Assembly: GCF_018977255.1 (NCBI RefSeq)
Contig: NW_024704742.1
Location: 115,694,001 to 115,758,000, forward strand
Source: Callorhinchus milii
Lineage: Eukaryota
Reading direction: 5' to 3'
DNA: 64,000 nt
A program made the translations under genes and the position numbers. The first letter of the stretch is position 1; every line of letters begins with the position of its first letter. Under the pieces are notes generated by a model. It was given only the letters and a program-made list of their open reading frames with translations, was not told the DNA's origin and did not search any database. This document shows positions 1-12,254 of this stretch, in pieces.

Positions 1-500
1 GCCCTTGAGTCTTACAAACTGTTGGCTCTCTGGCCTTCTGCCTGCTTGAAGCTTCTTCTCTGTCAAGTTTATGCACAACTCCCTCATTGACATTCGCAGC
101 ACTTTCTCTACCATCACTTCCCGAACTGCAAGTGTTCCTTGGTATAACAGTCAGTTCCATGCCCTAAAGTCCCAGGCCCAAATTGCTGAGTGAACATGGC
201 TCAAATCTAGCCTCACAATCCATTACCAGATCAGGCTGGACCACACTAAAGTCTATCATTGCCTATATTCACCTCAGCCAAATTGTCATTCTACTCCGCT
301 CTTTGGAACTCAATCCCAGGGTCTCTGTGACTCTACCTCTTGCCTTTAAAGCCCTCCTTGACATCTTTTTGACTTCACTTTTGATCCTATTTTTCCTCCT
401 CCTTCACCCTCCTCAGCTTCTCTTCCCCATCCCCACACCCAGTCAACTGTGTGAAGCACTTTGAGACGTCCTCCCGAAGTGAAATGAGCTATATTAATTG
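1..500 (+). mobile_element. Degraded L2-type LINE fragment with 3' tail
   Basis: Ends in gaagcactttgagacgtcctcccgaagtgaaatgagctatat, like other L2 tails in the window. Confidence 0.55.
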
Positions 501-653
501 CTATCCAAAGAATAGAACCTTCTAAGAAATTGTGGAGTTGCTTCCATTTTTATTTTGTGAGTGGTATCACTGAAATCTACATTCCATATTGGATCCTTTG
601 GTTGCAAAATTAGCTTCAAAATGTACAGCTAGTCTCAAATAAAAAAGAAATCA

Positions 654-832
654 CTGGGAACACTCAGCAATTCAGGCAACATATTTCGAGGAGGAAAGTG
701 GGTTAATGTTTCAGGTCGATGACCTTTCGTCAGAACGAAAGGACAAAAGGTCTGACGAAAGGTCATCGACCTGAAACTTTAATCCACTTTCCTCTCTCCA
801 TAGATACTGCCTGGGCTGCTGAGTGTTCCCAG
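654..832. mobile_element. Fold-back element, probably Penelope-like-element derived, with hammerhead-like cores
   Basis: About 80-bp inverted arms including a perfect 27-bp core (708-734 / 751-777); CTGACGA...GAAA in each arm. Confidence 0.65.
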
Positions 833-2301
833 CTTATTCTGTTTTTACTCAATAATAATACTCCTTGCATTTGACATAGCGCCTTATCGTATCTTCGAGA
901 CTTCTCAAAGCATTTCACAGAATATACTGTAAAGTAATTTCTAAAAGATTTCAATCCTTCTCATTGTTTGGTAAACCCATACCCAGCGGTCAGAAACCTA
1001 GGCGTGTCATTGGAAGAATTGGGATGTAGGGTAAGAAGGGGGAAAAAAAATGTGTTCATTGCAGAGGAAAGGAAGGCTTTAGATGAGCATTTAAAGAGGA
1101 ACAATATGCTTTATAATATGAGGAGGAACCCAAAAATAAGGATTAAATCCCTCCAATGGAGGAACTGGCACTAGCACAGGCTTCATCGGCTGATTGGCTT
1201 CTTTTATACTGTCATTTCTATGATTCAAAATAATTTATTTATTGAAGTGTTCAACAATATTTTGAACTGCTAGCATGATTTGCATCTATCACCTGGTTGT
1301 TTTCTTCTTTGCAACAGGGTGCATTGTAGCAGATTGGCTGGACATGTACTGTGTTCTACCCTCCCCATAAGAATTGAGAAATAGCTCAGTTTGCCAATTG
1401 TTGCATTTTTTTAAGTGATTAGCAGTTGCTGGACAGTAAACTAAGTTATCGGGAAATGTACCATCCTACTTTGAGGAAGGTAATCAGGTTCTCTGGGGCC
1501 AAGTTGATTCCAAAGTAACGAGCCTGATAATGGAATATTGGAATTGAGCCAATCCTCTGTGGCAATCTCAGTTCTGGTCTCTGAGCCACGCAGATCTGCT
1601 GTACAGTCCAAGGCACAGTTGAATTTCTGTCATGTTATTAAATTCGTATTAGTGGAACTTAGAGCAGACCAGTCACTAGGAGCTGTGATTGTTCTCTTTT
1701 GACTTGTTAACCCTGGAAGCCCAAAACCAAATGGTTAGGGTTGTCCTAGCCAGATAAACAGCAGTAAGATTTCAGTGTTCATGGTAGCAAGCAGCAATTT
1801 TAGTAGTAATTTGATGAACGCGCTGGATTCCTCTGGATTTCTAAAGCTGTGGCCCTTGGCCGTAACCTGCACCGAAATGTCCTGGTCTAGGTAAACAAGG
1901 TGTGCCCTGTAGAGACAGAGTACACACTCGTTTACTAGACAAATGAAAAACACACATGTAGATCTATCAATAGTTTAGTTTTGAAATGCTTAAGCAATGT
2001 GATAAGTTTCCACATGTGTTAAACAGCTGTGGGCAGGAGGATACTTGCAGGTTTCTCATGAGTTTCATGCTGAGCTGCTCACCGGGAAGCTTGCAAGGAG
2101 TTCCTTGTACCTGCTATCCACTTTATGAGAGCTCAAACCTGCGCTAGGCAAATGTCAAATTAGTGACTATCATACTTTGGAGGAAGGTAAGCAGGATCTC
2201 CTTATGGGAAGATTAATAAATCTCCTTGGAGATCAGCTGGGTTTCATAGAATATCAGAATCAAATCAACCTCTTGCGGCAGACTTGATAGTCCAGTTCTG
2301 A

Positions 2302-2510
2302 CTATATAGCACCCTTCACGCAGGCTATACAGGCTCCCAGAGCACGCCGTTGGGAGGGGAGGTGACTATAGGCACGGTCGAAGAAGAAGGTCTTCAGGTG
2401 TGCTGTAAAGATGGGGAAGGAGGGGGCAAGGTGGAGAGATGGGGGAAGCGTGTTCCAGAGTTTCGGGGGCGGAGTGGCTGAAAATGTGAGCGCCGACGGT
2501 GGAACGGAGG
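2302..2510 (-). mobile_element. L2 3' end
   Basis: Translates to PKLWNTLPPSLHLAPSFPIFTAHLKTFFF, a typical L2 ORF2 C-terminus. Confidence 0.75.
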
Positions 2511-3800
2511 GAGGGCCCGAGGTACAAGCGGGTTCCAATCCCTCGGCCCGCGGCCAACCTTCACCTCGTACTCTCCGGCAACGGCGAGGAGAGTCATCCA
2601 TCCCCTCCGGAGAGAGAGCGACTCGTGCTATTCCGGGACGCGGAACTCTTTCCGTGCAATGGGAGGTGCGAGACTTTTCACCACGGCGGTGGGCTTCCGC
2701 ATGCATCGAAAGCCCTGTCTGAAAACAAAAGAAAAACACGCCATTACAAGATCAATTCTGGAAAACGAAGTTTTCGTTTTGTAATAGCGTGTTTTTCTTT
2801 TGTTTTCTGGGAAAAGCTCGGGTTCTCCACCTCGAAGCAGAGCAGTTCAGCCACGACTCTCGTTAGGACCCAGAGGAAGGCGACGGGGCTCTCTCTCTCT
2901 CTCTCTCTTCCTCTCACTCGGGGGGGGGTGGGCGGGGGATGTGTGACGGGGGGCGGTAGGACCCAGAAAGCGACGTTTTTTTTCCTCTCTCTCTCTCTCT
3001 CTCTCTCGCGTTCCGTTGTCTCTGGGACTGGATCGGAAAAAGTCGCCATGAGCGAGCGGCTTCGGGCCTTGGCGGCGCGGCGGCAGTGAGGGCGGCTGTC
3101 AACGTTTGACGGTGGGTGGGGACGGACAGAAGTGTTTTTTTTTTTAAAAAATAATAGAGAGAGAGAGAGAGAGAAAGCTGCGTTGCGATCAGGGTCCCGT
3201 GTTCAGACGTTCAAGAAACCAGCGCCGTGAGAGCCGAATGCATTTGTGTCGGAGCGGTGTTTGACCTGTGTCTCCCCCTCTCTCTCTCTCCCTCTCCCCG
3301 TCTCACTGCAGCAAACCAAGATGGAGTACGAGTGGAAACCCGACGAGCAGGGGCTCCAGCAAATACTACAGCTCCTGAAGGAATCGCAGTCCCCGGACAC
3401 GACCATTCAGAGATCTGTTCAGCAAGTATCCTTTTTTTTACGCGCTCGGCGGCGGCGGCGGCGGCCCCGCCGGTGAGCGAGACCTCTCGGGCGATCGCGG
3501 TTATTCGAGACCCCCCCCCGGGGGGAGGGGGGAGGGGGAGAGGGGGAGAATGTGTGCGCGAGTTGAGGCGGCATCAAAGGACCGGAGCGCGTTCGGGTGC
3601 CGCGGGCTCGTGGTTGAGCCGCGAGGCCGAAGGGGGACACACTCTGAAATGTCTGTACTTCTTCAGTGGAAAGCATCGTTGTGCATTTCTAAAGTTTAAT
3701 CCGCCCCCTCCCTCACCCCCCCCCATTCCGGGGGTGTTGGGCTCCCGTGTGGGCTGCAGATGTGGCCGCTAAGGCTGAACCTGAGGCTTGTGGCGTATGC
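2500..3800. promoter_or_regulatory. CpG island / TNPO1 promoter and 5' region
   Basis: GC- and CpG-rich stretch in an otherwise AT-rich, CpG-poor window; it surrounds the first coding exon. Confidence 0.85.
3321..3425 (+). CDS. TNPO1: Transportin-1 coding exon 1 ([35 protein letters not shown]); exon starts 3312 after ctgcag
   Basis: N-terminus matches vertebrate TNPO1, not TNPO2 (MDWQPDE). Preceded by in-frame QTK as in the long isoform. Donor GTATCCTTT. Confidence 0.97.
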
Positions 3801-4197
3801 AGTTTTAGGAACGTCTTTACTGATGGTTTTATAACACGACTGGTTCGCTCAGCACAGCTCGCCATGTCTCACGTTGTATTTACTGTACCAAGGCAGTGTG
3901 GGGGGGAAGAGAAGCGAAGGCCCCGATGCGACGTAATATAAAATGTTTCTTTACTAATAGGGACGCATTTATGTATTCTTCGCCCGTCAATACAACCATT
4001 ATCCACGTTGCACTGATTTGTTTTATATTTTTGAACGGCGTTACAGTATTGTAGGCCTAAAAAGCCCACATCTGCCCAGGATTGTCACTGACTCGAACTG
4101 TAATTTCGGTCGGGAAATGATTTTTGTTTCGGATGTGTTCATTGTTTTTGTATTACCTTATTTCACAATATTTCCTTAGCTTCCTTTTCCCCTCTAG
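3426..4197 (+). other. U12-type (minor spliceosome) GT-AG intron
   Basis: 5' site GTATCCTTT; branch-like TTTCCTTAGC at 4171-4180, shortly before the TAG at 4195-4197. Confidence 0.9.
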
Positions 4198-4273
4198 AAA
4201 CTTGAGCAACTAAATCAATATCCGGACTTCAATAATTACCTGATTTTTGTTCTGACAAAGTTAAAATCAGAAG
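4198..4273 (+). CDS. TNPO1: TNPO1 coding exon 2 ([25 protein letters not shown])
   Basis: tag/gtaagc boundaries, 76 nt, matches TNPO1. Confidence 0.97.
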
Positions 4274-5841
4274 GTAAGCGGTTTAGTCATCCAAGTATTC
4301 CTATTTCCAATTTTTTTCAATTTAAAATCAAATTCCAAACTTAATATTTTGGTGGATTTAAGTAAGTTAACTTATTGTAATCTAATATTACTTTAATGTG
4401 TTAATTTTGTTAACTGGATTACCGACTGAGGTACAAATTATACACTGTACAACCACAACAACAACAAGATTCCATTTATAAAGCGCCTTTCACGTCAGGA
4501 GGACGTCCCAAGGCGCTGTAATGTTCAAGACCGACACATGTTTGGCAGAAAATATCAAAAATAAAATTCATTAGACAGTATTTTTATATATGAAATGGGC
4601 AAATGATGACTCATGATTTGTGACCATTGGATTGCATTATTACAACTAGCCTGCGTTTTAAATTATGCATTTATTTAAGATGATCTATTTTTGGTTTGTT
4701 GTTTGAATTCTGATTCAAAATTTAAAGTAGCCCGGGCTACTGAAATAACGGTGCAACGTGTAGTAAAATCAGTATTTACCTGTAAAACTATATTGGAATG
4801 TAACATTTTTGTTTCGTTATGCATTTGAAATTATAATTATATTCAGTGAGTATAGTTTAAATTGACTTGGCCTACTTTACGTTTGCTAGGCTGGTAATGA
4901 ATAGCCAGTAAAATTCATACCACCTGGCTAATTAATTTGTGTAAGGAGCATTGACTATGATTTTAAATTTTCCTTCTGATGTAGGATGTTCGAAATTTAA
5001 ATCTGTATTAAAGTACTGCAAAGCATATTTAACTGAAATTTACTTATTGCTCAATGTTGCCCTGTTTTACGATTTTAAGAAGTATCCTGGGAGCAGTCTG
5101 TGTTGAACATCCTCTTGTGTTGTATGAGCAAGGAGTGCTACTCAAAGCCCACTATTCACAATATCACTGAAGTGGAACTTCATGAACGATAGGAATTCAA
5201 CACAAAATGTCTGCTCCCAAGCTGATTTTATATGCTAATTTAAAACCATGATAAGGTGTGAGCGATGGTTTGATGAACAACTAAAACTCTTTGATCGCAG
5301 GGATATCTGCCCGTGTGATATTTAATAAGTTCTTGTTGAACGCCTCTTTACTTTGGTGACTGGTTTGACATAGATTGGGTTTAATGGATTCCTCACCGGT
5401 GATGGCTGCATCATATTGTATTTATATATATATATATATAAAGTTAAGGTGTAGTAGAGCTGGTCAGACTGATCATTTGGATAAAATTACATTGTAAAAT
5501 TGTAAATAGGGAATTCTATTTTTTTCTAATGTTGTGGTTCCAAAGTTTTAATCTGCTTAAAATTATTTTTCCCCCCCAAAATTATAATTTTAGGGATATC
5601 ATTTTGAGACGGGACAGTTTTTAATTATGAGCTAGTTGTGATCTCTGTACCCTTTTGGAAAATTTGAAGGGCTCCATAATCTTATCTAGGAGTTAAAAAT
5701 CTGCTTTCTTTTAATGGTTTTATATTTGTTTCTAGTTCTACAATACTGATTCTAGCTACACAACAGCAAATTGCATTTATATAGCTCCTTTACCAAGGAT
5801 AATTAATGGGATGCTTATTGGTGGTGCCTTTTACTTGGATT

Positions 5842-6190
5842 GTCAGCCTATGTCGATTGGTACCATTTTTGCCCTCTGGGGCTGAAGGTTGTGGGTTCAA
5901 GCCCTGTGTTGGGACAGAGGGCACATAGTCCTGGCTGACATTTATGTGCAGTACTGTAGGCATGATGCATCATTAACTCATTAAATCATTAAAGCTGAAA
6001 TCCCATCTGACTGTTCAGGTGGACATAAAGGATGCCATGTGATGATTCGAAAAGAAAACATTCCTTCCCCTACTGGCCAATAGTCCTGTAGAATAATTGG
6101 GGATTTTGCTGTTTCCAAAATGACTAGTACGTATATCAAGTGTTTGAGACATCTTGATTATAAGGCTTCCATAAAAATACAAGATTTATT
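5842..6190 (+). mobile_element. Deu-domain-type SINE
   Basis: tRNA-like head (gggttcaagccc), Deu-like core (ttcaggtggacataaaggatgccatg) and L2-like tail. Confidence 0.65.
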
Positions 6191-6209
6191 TGCATGGGAG
6201 GTCATCTGC

Positions 6210-6712
6210 CAATAATAATCATGCATTTGATATAGCGGCTTTCATGTCAGGAAGCATTTCAAACTATTTCACAGAATTTACTGTGAAGTGTAGTGACTGT
6301 GGAGAGCACGGCAATTTTGCACATATTACTGAACTACAAAAAGCCATCAAGTGACCATTTTTTTTTATTCTGAAGGAACTTTTATCCAAGACACAAGGAG
6401 AAAATCCCTTCTCTTTTTGAATATTGCCACAAGATCGTTAACGTCTATATGAACAGTCAGACGAGACCTCTGTTTGATGTCTCATCCAAAGGATGGCTCC
6501 TTTAACAATGCAGCATTATCCCAGCACTGTCCCATTATGACTGACGATCAAAGAAAAAATAAAGTGGACTCCTGTTGAGAATTATCAAAGTATTGAGCTG
6601 AAACTAGTTCAAGTCTGTCAAGTATGTTCTAATGTGGGGCTTGAACCCACAACCTTTTGACTCAGGTCTCCAACTCACAGGAGAGTTGCTACCAACTGAG
6701 CCAAGCTGACAC
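6210..6712 (-). mobile_element. Deu-domain-type SINE, interrupted at about 6530-6621
   Basis: Reverse copy of the same head, core and tail. Confidence 0.65.
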
Positions 6713-8639
6713 CTGCATTTTTTTGAAAGTATTTTCAGTTGACAGACTTGAACTAGTTTCAGCTCAATGCTTCTGAAAAAGCATTTTATCATTCTGTGAT
6801 ATTCCAGAAGAATCCCATTATTATGTCTTGTTTTAGGTGAGTAAACACAATCTGTGTTATAATGGGACCAAAGCAAAATCGCTGACACCATATCATGAGA
6901 AATAGACACCGCTGACTTCACTCCAGCATGCCAACTTTGCATAATAAAAGTGGCTGACATATGGGTCATCAGGTTGCCACCGATATGACTTCCCGATTTC
7001 TTCGATTGTGCAGCCTAAAATATAACTGGTGTATTTTTGTGCATTATAGCTCATGCACATGAATACGCCAGTTAGATTTTGTTCAATATCTTAAAACCAT
7101 CGAAAAATAGGGAAGGGTGGGGAGCAAGATAAGTTTACCCCCACCCTCTCCCTACAATGTAAACGTAGACTTGGTGCTGAAATGTGTTTTTAAGTAGTAG
7201 TATGAGACATTTGACCATAAAATTGGGCCATTCAGCCTATTGTGCTTGAACTGTGGTAGTGATGAAACTATAAATGGAAATGCTTTGCAACTTGTTTTAC
7301 TTTTTCAGAAGTGTTTTTCATAAAATACTTGCACCAGGAAGTTAATAATATAATAATCCTTCCATTTGAAATAGCCCCAATAGCATTTATAATCCTTGCA
7401 TTTGATTTTTGCATTTGATTTTTGCATTTTTGCATTTATGTGCGCATAAAGTTGTTATAACTGAGGGGACCACTTAGCATGGTGACATATTAGCAGCTTT
7501 TTGTTATACTCCGAGCAGTTCACAACTCTTTCTGTATTGGTGTTTTGTGATGATAAAACTATAAATGGAAATGTTTTGCAAGTTTTACTTTTTGAGAAGG
7601 TTTTTCATAAAATAATAATCCTTGCATTTGAAATAGCCCTTATAGTATTTGTGTGCGCATATTGACTGCCATGTTTTCCTCAAAATACAGAATCATTACA
7701 CTTTGCAGTATATCTCCTGATGCGCTTACAAAGATTTTTTAATATTATAACTGGATGTAAATGGCTGCACAAAGTTTCTTTGAAGTATAGTACCTGTATT
7801 TTAGGCAAACATGGCAGCAAGTTTGCACCTAGCTATGTCTCAAAACAAACAACCAATTTTAACTGGAGGATTATTGGCCAGGGCAATGGGACAGTCTCTT
7901 CTCTTTCGAATAGTGCTGTGGGTTCTTCAGGGCTATTTTCTCTGAGTGCAAGGGAACTTTGTACTGTATTCAAAATCTGTTATGTATCTGACTGATTGAA
8001 ACGTGTACTCTACTGAGAGAGATTTTAAAATGACTGGTTTAATGTACTGTACATTCATTTAACCTCCTATGCTAAAGACAAAATCTTATTTTCTCATGCT
8101 TGCACCTGTGACTCCTATCAGATGAAGATTTTGTCAATCTTGCAATCATTTGATGTAGCATTGAAGGTGGGAGGGGCATACATGTATGCCCTAGTGGGCA
8201 GAGTTGTGGAGCTTTCAAGGGACAGTTGGAATCACTGGATAAAAAAATATTTTTGTGCTGAAGCTTCTTTTTATTAGGAATATATAGAACCAGAAAATAT
8301 AATTTTACAGTACATTTGGCAAGTTTCATTTTTAAGGACCATTGCTCTTTACCTTGTATACCATTCAGTTCCCCGTGATAGTCAAAATCCCATTCAGTTC
8401 CCTCTTGAAACTGCCTTTACTATTTGTTTCCACAGCCTAACTGCATTATAATTAGTCAAATCTAAATGTCTATTCATGCTCCTGATTTTTTTACCATACT
8501 AATAGGGAAAAAAGTTGGAATAACACTTGAATTCATTAAAGAATTATGCATATATTTTGATTTTCAGCCAACAATTCTTTCTTACAACTGTTTCCATTCA
8601 TATTGTGTAATGCAGATGGTTTAATGAAAAGTAGAAATT

Positions 8640-9040
8640 AATAATCATTTCATTTGATAAAGGTCCTTTTACAACAGGAGAATGTCTCAAAGTACTTCAT
8701 AGGATTTTGTAGGCAAACATGGCAGCTAATTTGAGTTTGGCAATTTCCCCCAAACAGCATGAAATGAGTGGCCAATTTATTGTGGGATTGTTAGCCAAGA
8801 CACTGGGAAAAACTCCCTTATTGTTGTAGTGTTATGTGATTATCTATGTACATTTGAATAGGGAGACAGGATTTTGGTTTCACGTCTCATCCAAAGGACA
8901 GTGCCTTTGACAATGCAGGATTCTCCAGTACTCTAGAGCGTCAGCCTAGACTATGAAGTCAAAGTCCCGATGTGAGACATGGGACTTGAACCTTCAACCT
9001 TCTGACTTAGAGGAGAGAATGATGCCAGTTGAGCCAGGCT
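8640..9040 (-). mobile_element. Deu-domain-type SINE
   Basis: Same family motifs (cgtctcatccaaaggacag; cttgaaccttcaaccttctgact). Confidence 0.65.
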
Positions 9041-11099
9041 GTTTGTGTTCAAAATAAACTTGCCATTTGTAATATTACTTCAAGGCAAGATTTCTTTTTT
9101 TTCTTTCCAGGCCTTGTCACACCTGCACAGCTTTTACAGTAAACAGACAATAAAACACAGTACAATTCTGACTTGGTAGTTAAAGCCTTTTATACTCAAC
9201 TTATTCTGTAAGATTAGGCTTTCTGTCCGCTGGACGCATTGTTCAGCCTTCCATTTTATGTAGAACTGTAATAAGAAGGCACACAGTACGCTTGTGAGGT
9301 GCCCAAAAGTACCATTTTGGTTCAGCCACAAACTTGTATTTCATTGGCATGAGATTAGAAGAAACAAAAAGGTAATAAGCAGAAGAATATTTCATGATCA
9401 TTTTTGTGGAATACCTTTGTGGATTTGTGTCCCTCAATAATCCTCATTGACCCATGTGTCTATAATATCTTTATTGTAACCCTCATTCAAGATATTAAGT
9501 ACCACCTTAAAAATAAACACTTACATTTTTCCAAATTGTTGCGTTTACCTTAATAGGTTCCCACTTAATCAATGAACGGTTACAAGGTTTGTAGTCTACT
9601 TATCTTCTTAGCTGGAAGACACAACTATGCAGCTTCTGAGGGTTATGTATGGGGCCCACAAGTCAAGTGATTGATCTTCTAATGTTTGTTCAGGCAAGGT
9701 TAACCATTGATTTTCATGGTGGATAGTTCCTGTTCAATGACCCAGGCAACAAAATCTATCTTGGTCTATTGTTTCCTAGTAACCATGGAGTCTTCCATCC
9801 AAAAATCCTAGAAAAGTAAAAGCCTTGCCTCAAACTTGTTACCATCCAGTAAACTAAGAGGCCAGGATTTTGAAAACACAATTAACAACAACCATTTCCT
9901 TGTGTACTGGGTATCAAAATTATACCCTTTGCAATCTTGGTACTAGATGGAAACTGAGTTTGTATTTTAATTATTATTTTGCTACGTTTGCTCTCTTTTA
10001 AACATCCATTTTGCATCTTTAATCCTCTGAGGCATCGATCCCTAACAGTTACCCAGTTATTTTCTTTGTTCAGTTGCCTGACACATTTTGAAACTCATCG
10101 CCATGCTTAAAAGTATCAAACCAGACAAGAGTTTGATATATGCCACTTGAATGAATACTTCTGTATCTAGAATGGAATGTACATTCTCTTCCCAGAGGGA
10201 AGCAACCTACTTAACTTATTCCACAGTATTATGCACAGTTTGGCAACAGCCAAAACTTAGGGGCCTCATAGTGTGTGTTGAGGGACAGCTGGAGTTTAAG
10301 CAGCTAAGAGCCCGTAGTTTGCCATTGCGAGCACTGTGTGACAATCTTTCCACCGATTGTCCATGTTGGATCACCCCACCTACTAGGGCTTTGGGTTGCA
10401 GATTAACAGGAGCCCCAGTGATTGGATAACCCTTCAGCAGTGCCCTGGAGTACTGTGTACCCACCTGGCTCAGATCATCACAGAAGGGTGACTCGATTCT
10501 GACATTCCATTACCAAGCATGTCCCCTGGAGTCAGTTCAACTCCAAGGAGACCCCGCTTCCCTCCTGCTTTCCTCCCCCCCCCCCCCCCCCCCCACCCGG
10601 AGGATAGTCACTAGTTGGCCATTTGATATCCAACAAGAGCATGTTTACACTCTCACTAGGCGGAGGACCAGGAACCACCTGCGTGCTTCCTGGTGTGGAT
10701 AGCTGAGCATGAAATGCTTGAGAGCATTGCTATCATCTTCCTGATATTCTAGATGTCCACATCCAATGTCCTGTACCCAGTTGTGGGCATAGCACTGTTT
10801 AGAACAATCTTAAATAGCTGGCAGACTCCGTGTTCTGCCCCAGAAGAAAATGTAGTGCAGTGGAATTTTGTGTGCTTAAACCTGGGACTTTCCCAGTCCG
10901 TATGGCTCAGCTACTCTGTGAAGCAACCCAAGCCATTGGGAACTTAGTTATTGAAATGATAGCACAAGTCATACTATTGGGCCTAAGTGGTCCCACCTCA
11001 TTCACTGCAACAATTTCCTCTTATCTCAATTCACGGTTCTTTCATGTACCACATTTTTTATTTCAACCGCTCAGTCAATTCACACTTAAATATTATACA

Positions 11100-11620
11100 A
11101 TACAAAATTACATTTGTATAGCGCCTTTCACGTTGGGAGGACGTTCAAGAAGCTGTACAGTCAGGTATTTGGACCCGAGCAGGGGATTGGGATCAAGGAG
11201 GGTGCAGGAGACCGGTAGGAGAATGACCGAAGGTGCGGTTGAAGAAGGGGGTTTTGAGACGCGCCTTGATGGAGGCAAGGGAGGGAGCGAGGCAAAGGGA
11301 ATGAGGCATGGTTCCAAAGGGTGGAGTCAGAAAGGCTGAAGACCCGATCGACGATAGTGGGACGGGCCGGGAGGGCGACGTGGAGCAGGCCACAGGCTGC
11401 TGATTGGAGTGAGCGGCCAGGTTGATATAGGGTTATCAGGTCACAGAAGTAGGAAGGAACAAGGCCATGGAGGGCCTTGAAGACGAGGATGAGGATTTTG
11501 AACTCTCTTGGGGGTGGGAAGCCAGTGAAGCTGGGCAAGAGTGGAGAAGATGGGGTCATGGAGCCTGGTGCAGGCGAGGACATGAGCTGCAGAGTACTGG
11601 ATGATCTCAGCTTGTGGAAG
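11100..11620 (-). mobile_element. L2 3' fragment
   Basis: FKILILVFKALHGLVPSYFCDLI motif plus tail. Confidence 0.8.
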
Positions 11621-12048
11621 GAAGAATTATGGCCTAAGAATCAATTTCCACTTATGGTAAAGCATTTCATGTTGCATTTGATAACCTTCTGTTGGGGAAA
11701 AATACATTCAATGTTTGAATCAGGTGCCAAGCTACTCCAGAGTGAGGTTAAACATTTTAATTGGAGGGAAGCTTTCATCCAACCAGCGTACTTCATGGGC
11801 AGGCTTGCTCATTAGAGACATTCATTTTAGGAGGTAGTTTCTTCGAGTACATGACCAAATTCTAAAGAAAAAAATGCTTAAATGTAAATGGTAGTGCGTA
11901 CTCCAAAGTGTGGCATTATTGCCATGCATAGCTAAAGTGGGCAGAACTTTGAATGTACTTTAAAGATGCAGAGGACATCCAGTTGCATTAATATCCAGTT
12001 GATGGCTTGATGGTTCCAACTTTAGTTTACACACCAACTTTAGCTTAC

Positions 12049-12254
12049 ATACCATCTGAGAAATTCTGAAGAGGTGGTTAAGGGTTCTCTATTTAACAAA
12101 AGTGAAATCCGTGAGCTGTGCTCCAAGTATAATAACAGGTTCGTGGGAGGAGTAATTGAGCAGATCAGATTTTCATACTGAAAACGGGCTAGTCCACATT
12201 TGATATGACCACATTTACCCACAAAATACAGGCATTCCACTTCACAGTAAAAAT
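12049..12254 (-). pseudogene. Nested-gene exon (YFYCEVECLYFVGKCGHIKCGLARFQYENL...SEFLRWY)
   Basis: tacag acceptor, gtaagc or gtatgt donor, 68 codons with no stop. Confidence 0.6.

Noticed and set aside
2302..3941. Multiple overlapping ORFs in the GC-rich region
   Set aside because: Expected in a CpG island and L2 tail; only the TNPO1 exon has recognisable homology.
6604..6969. 121-aa minus-strand ORF as a standalone gene
   Set aside because: It runs into a SINE, and the more protein-like reading of this region is in other frames of the relic exon starting at 7014.
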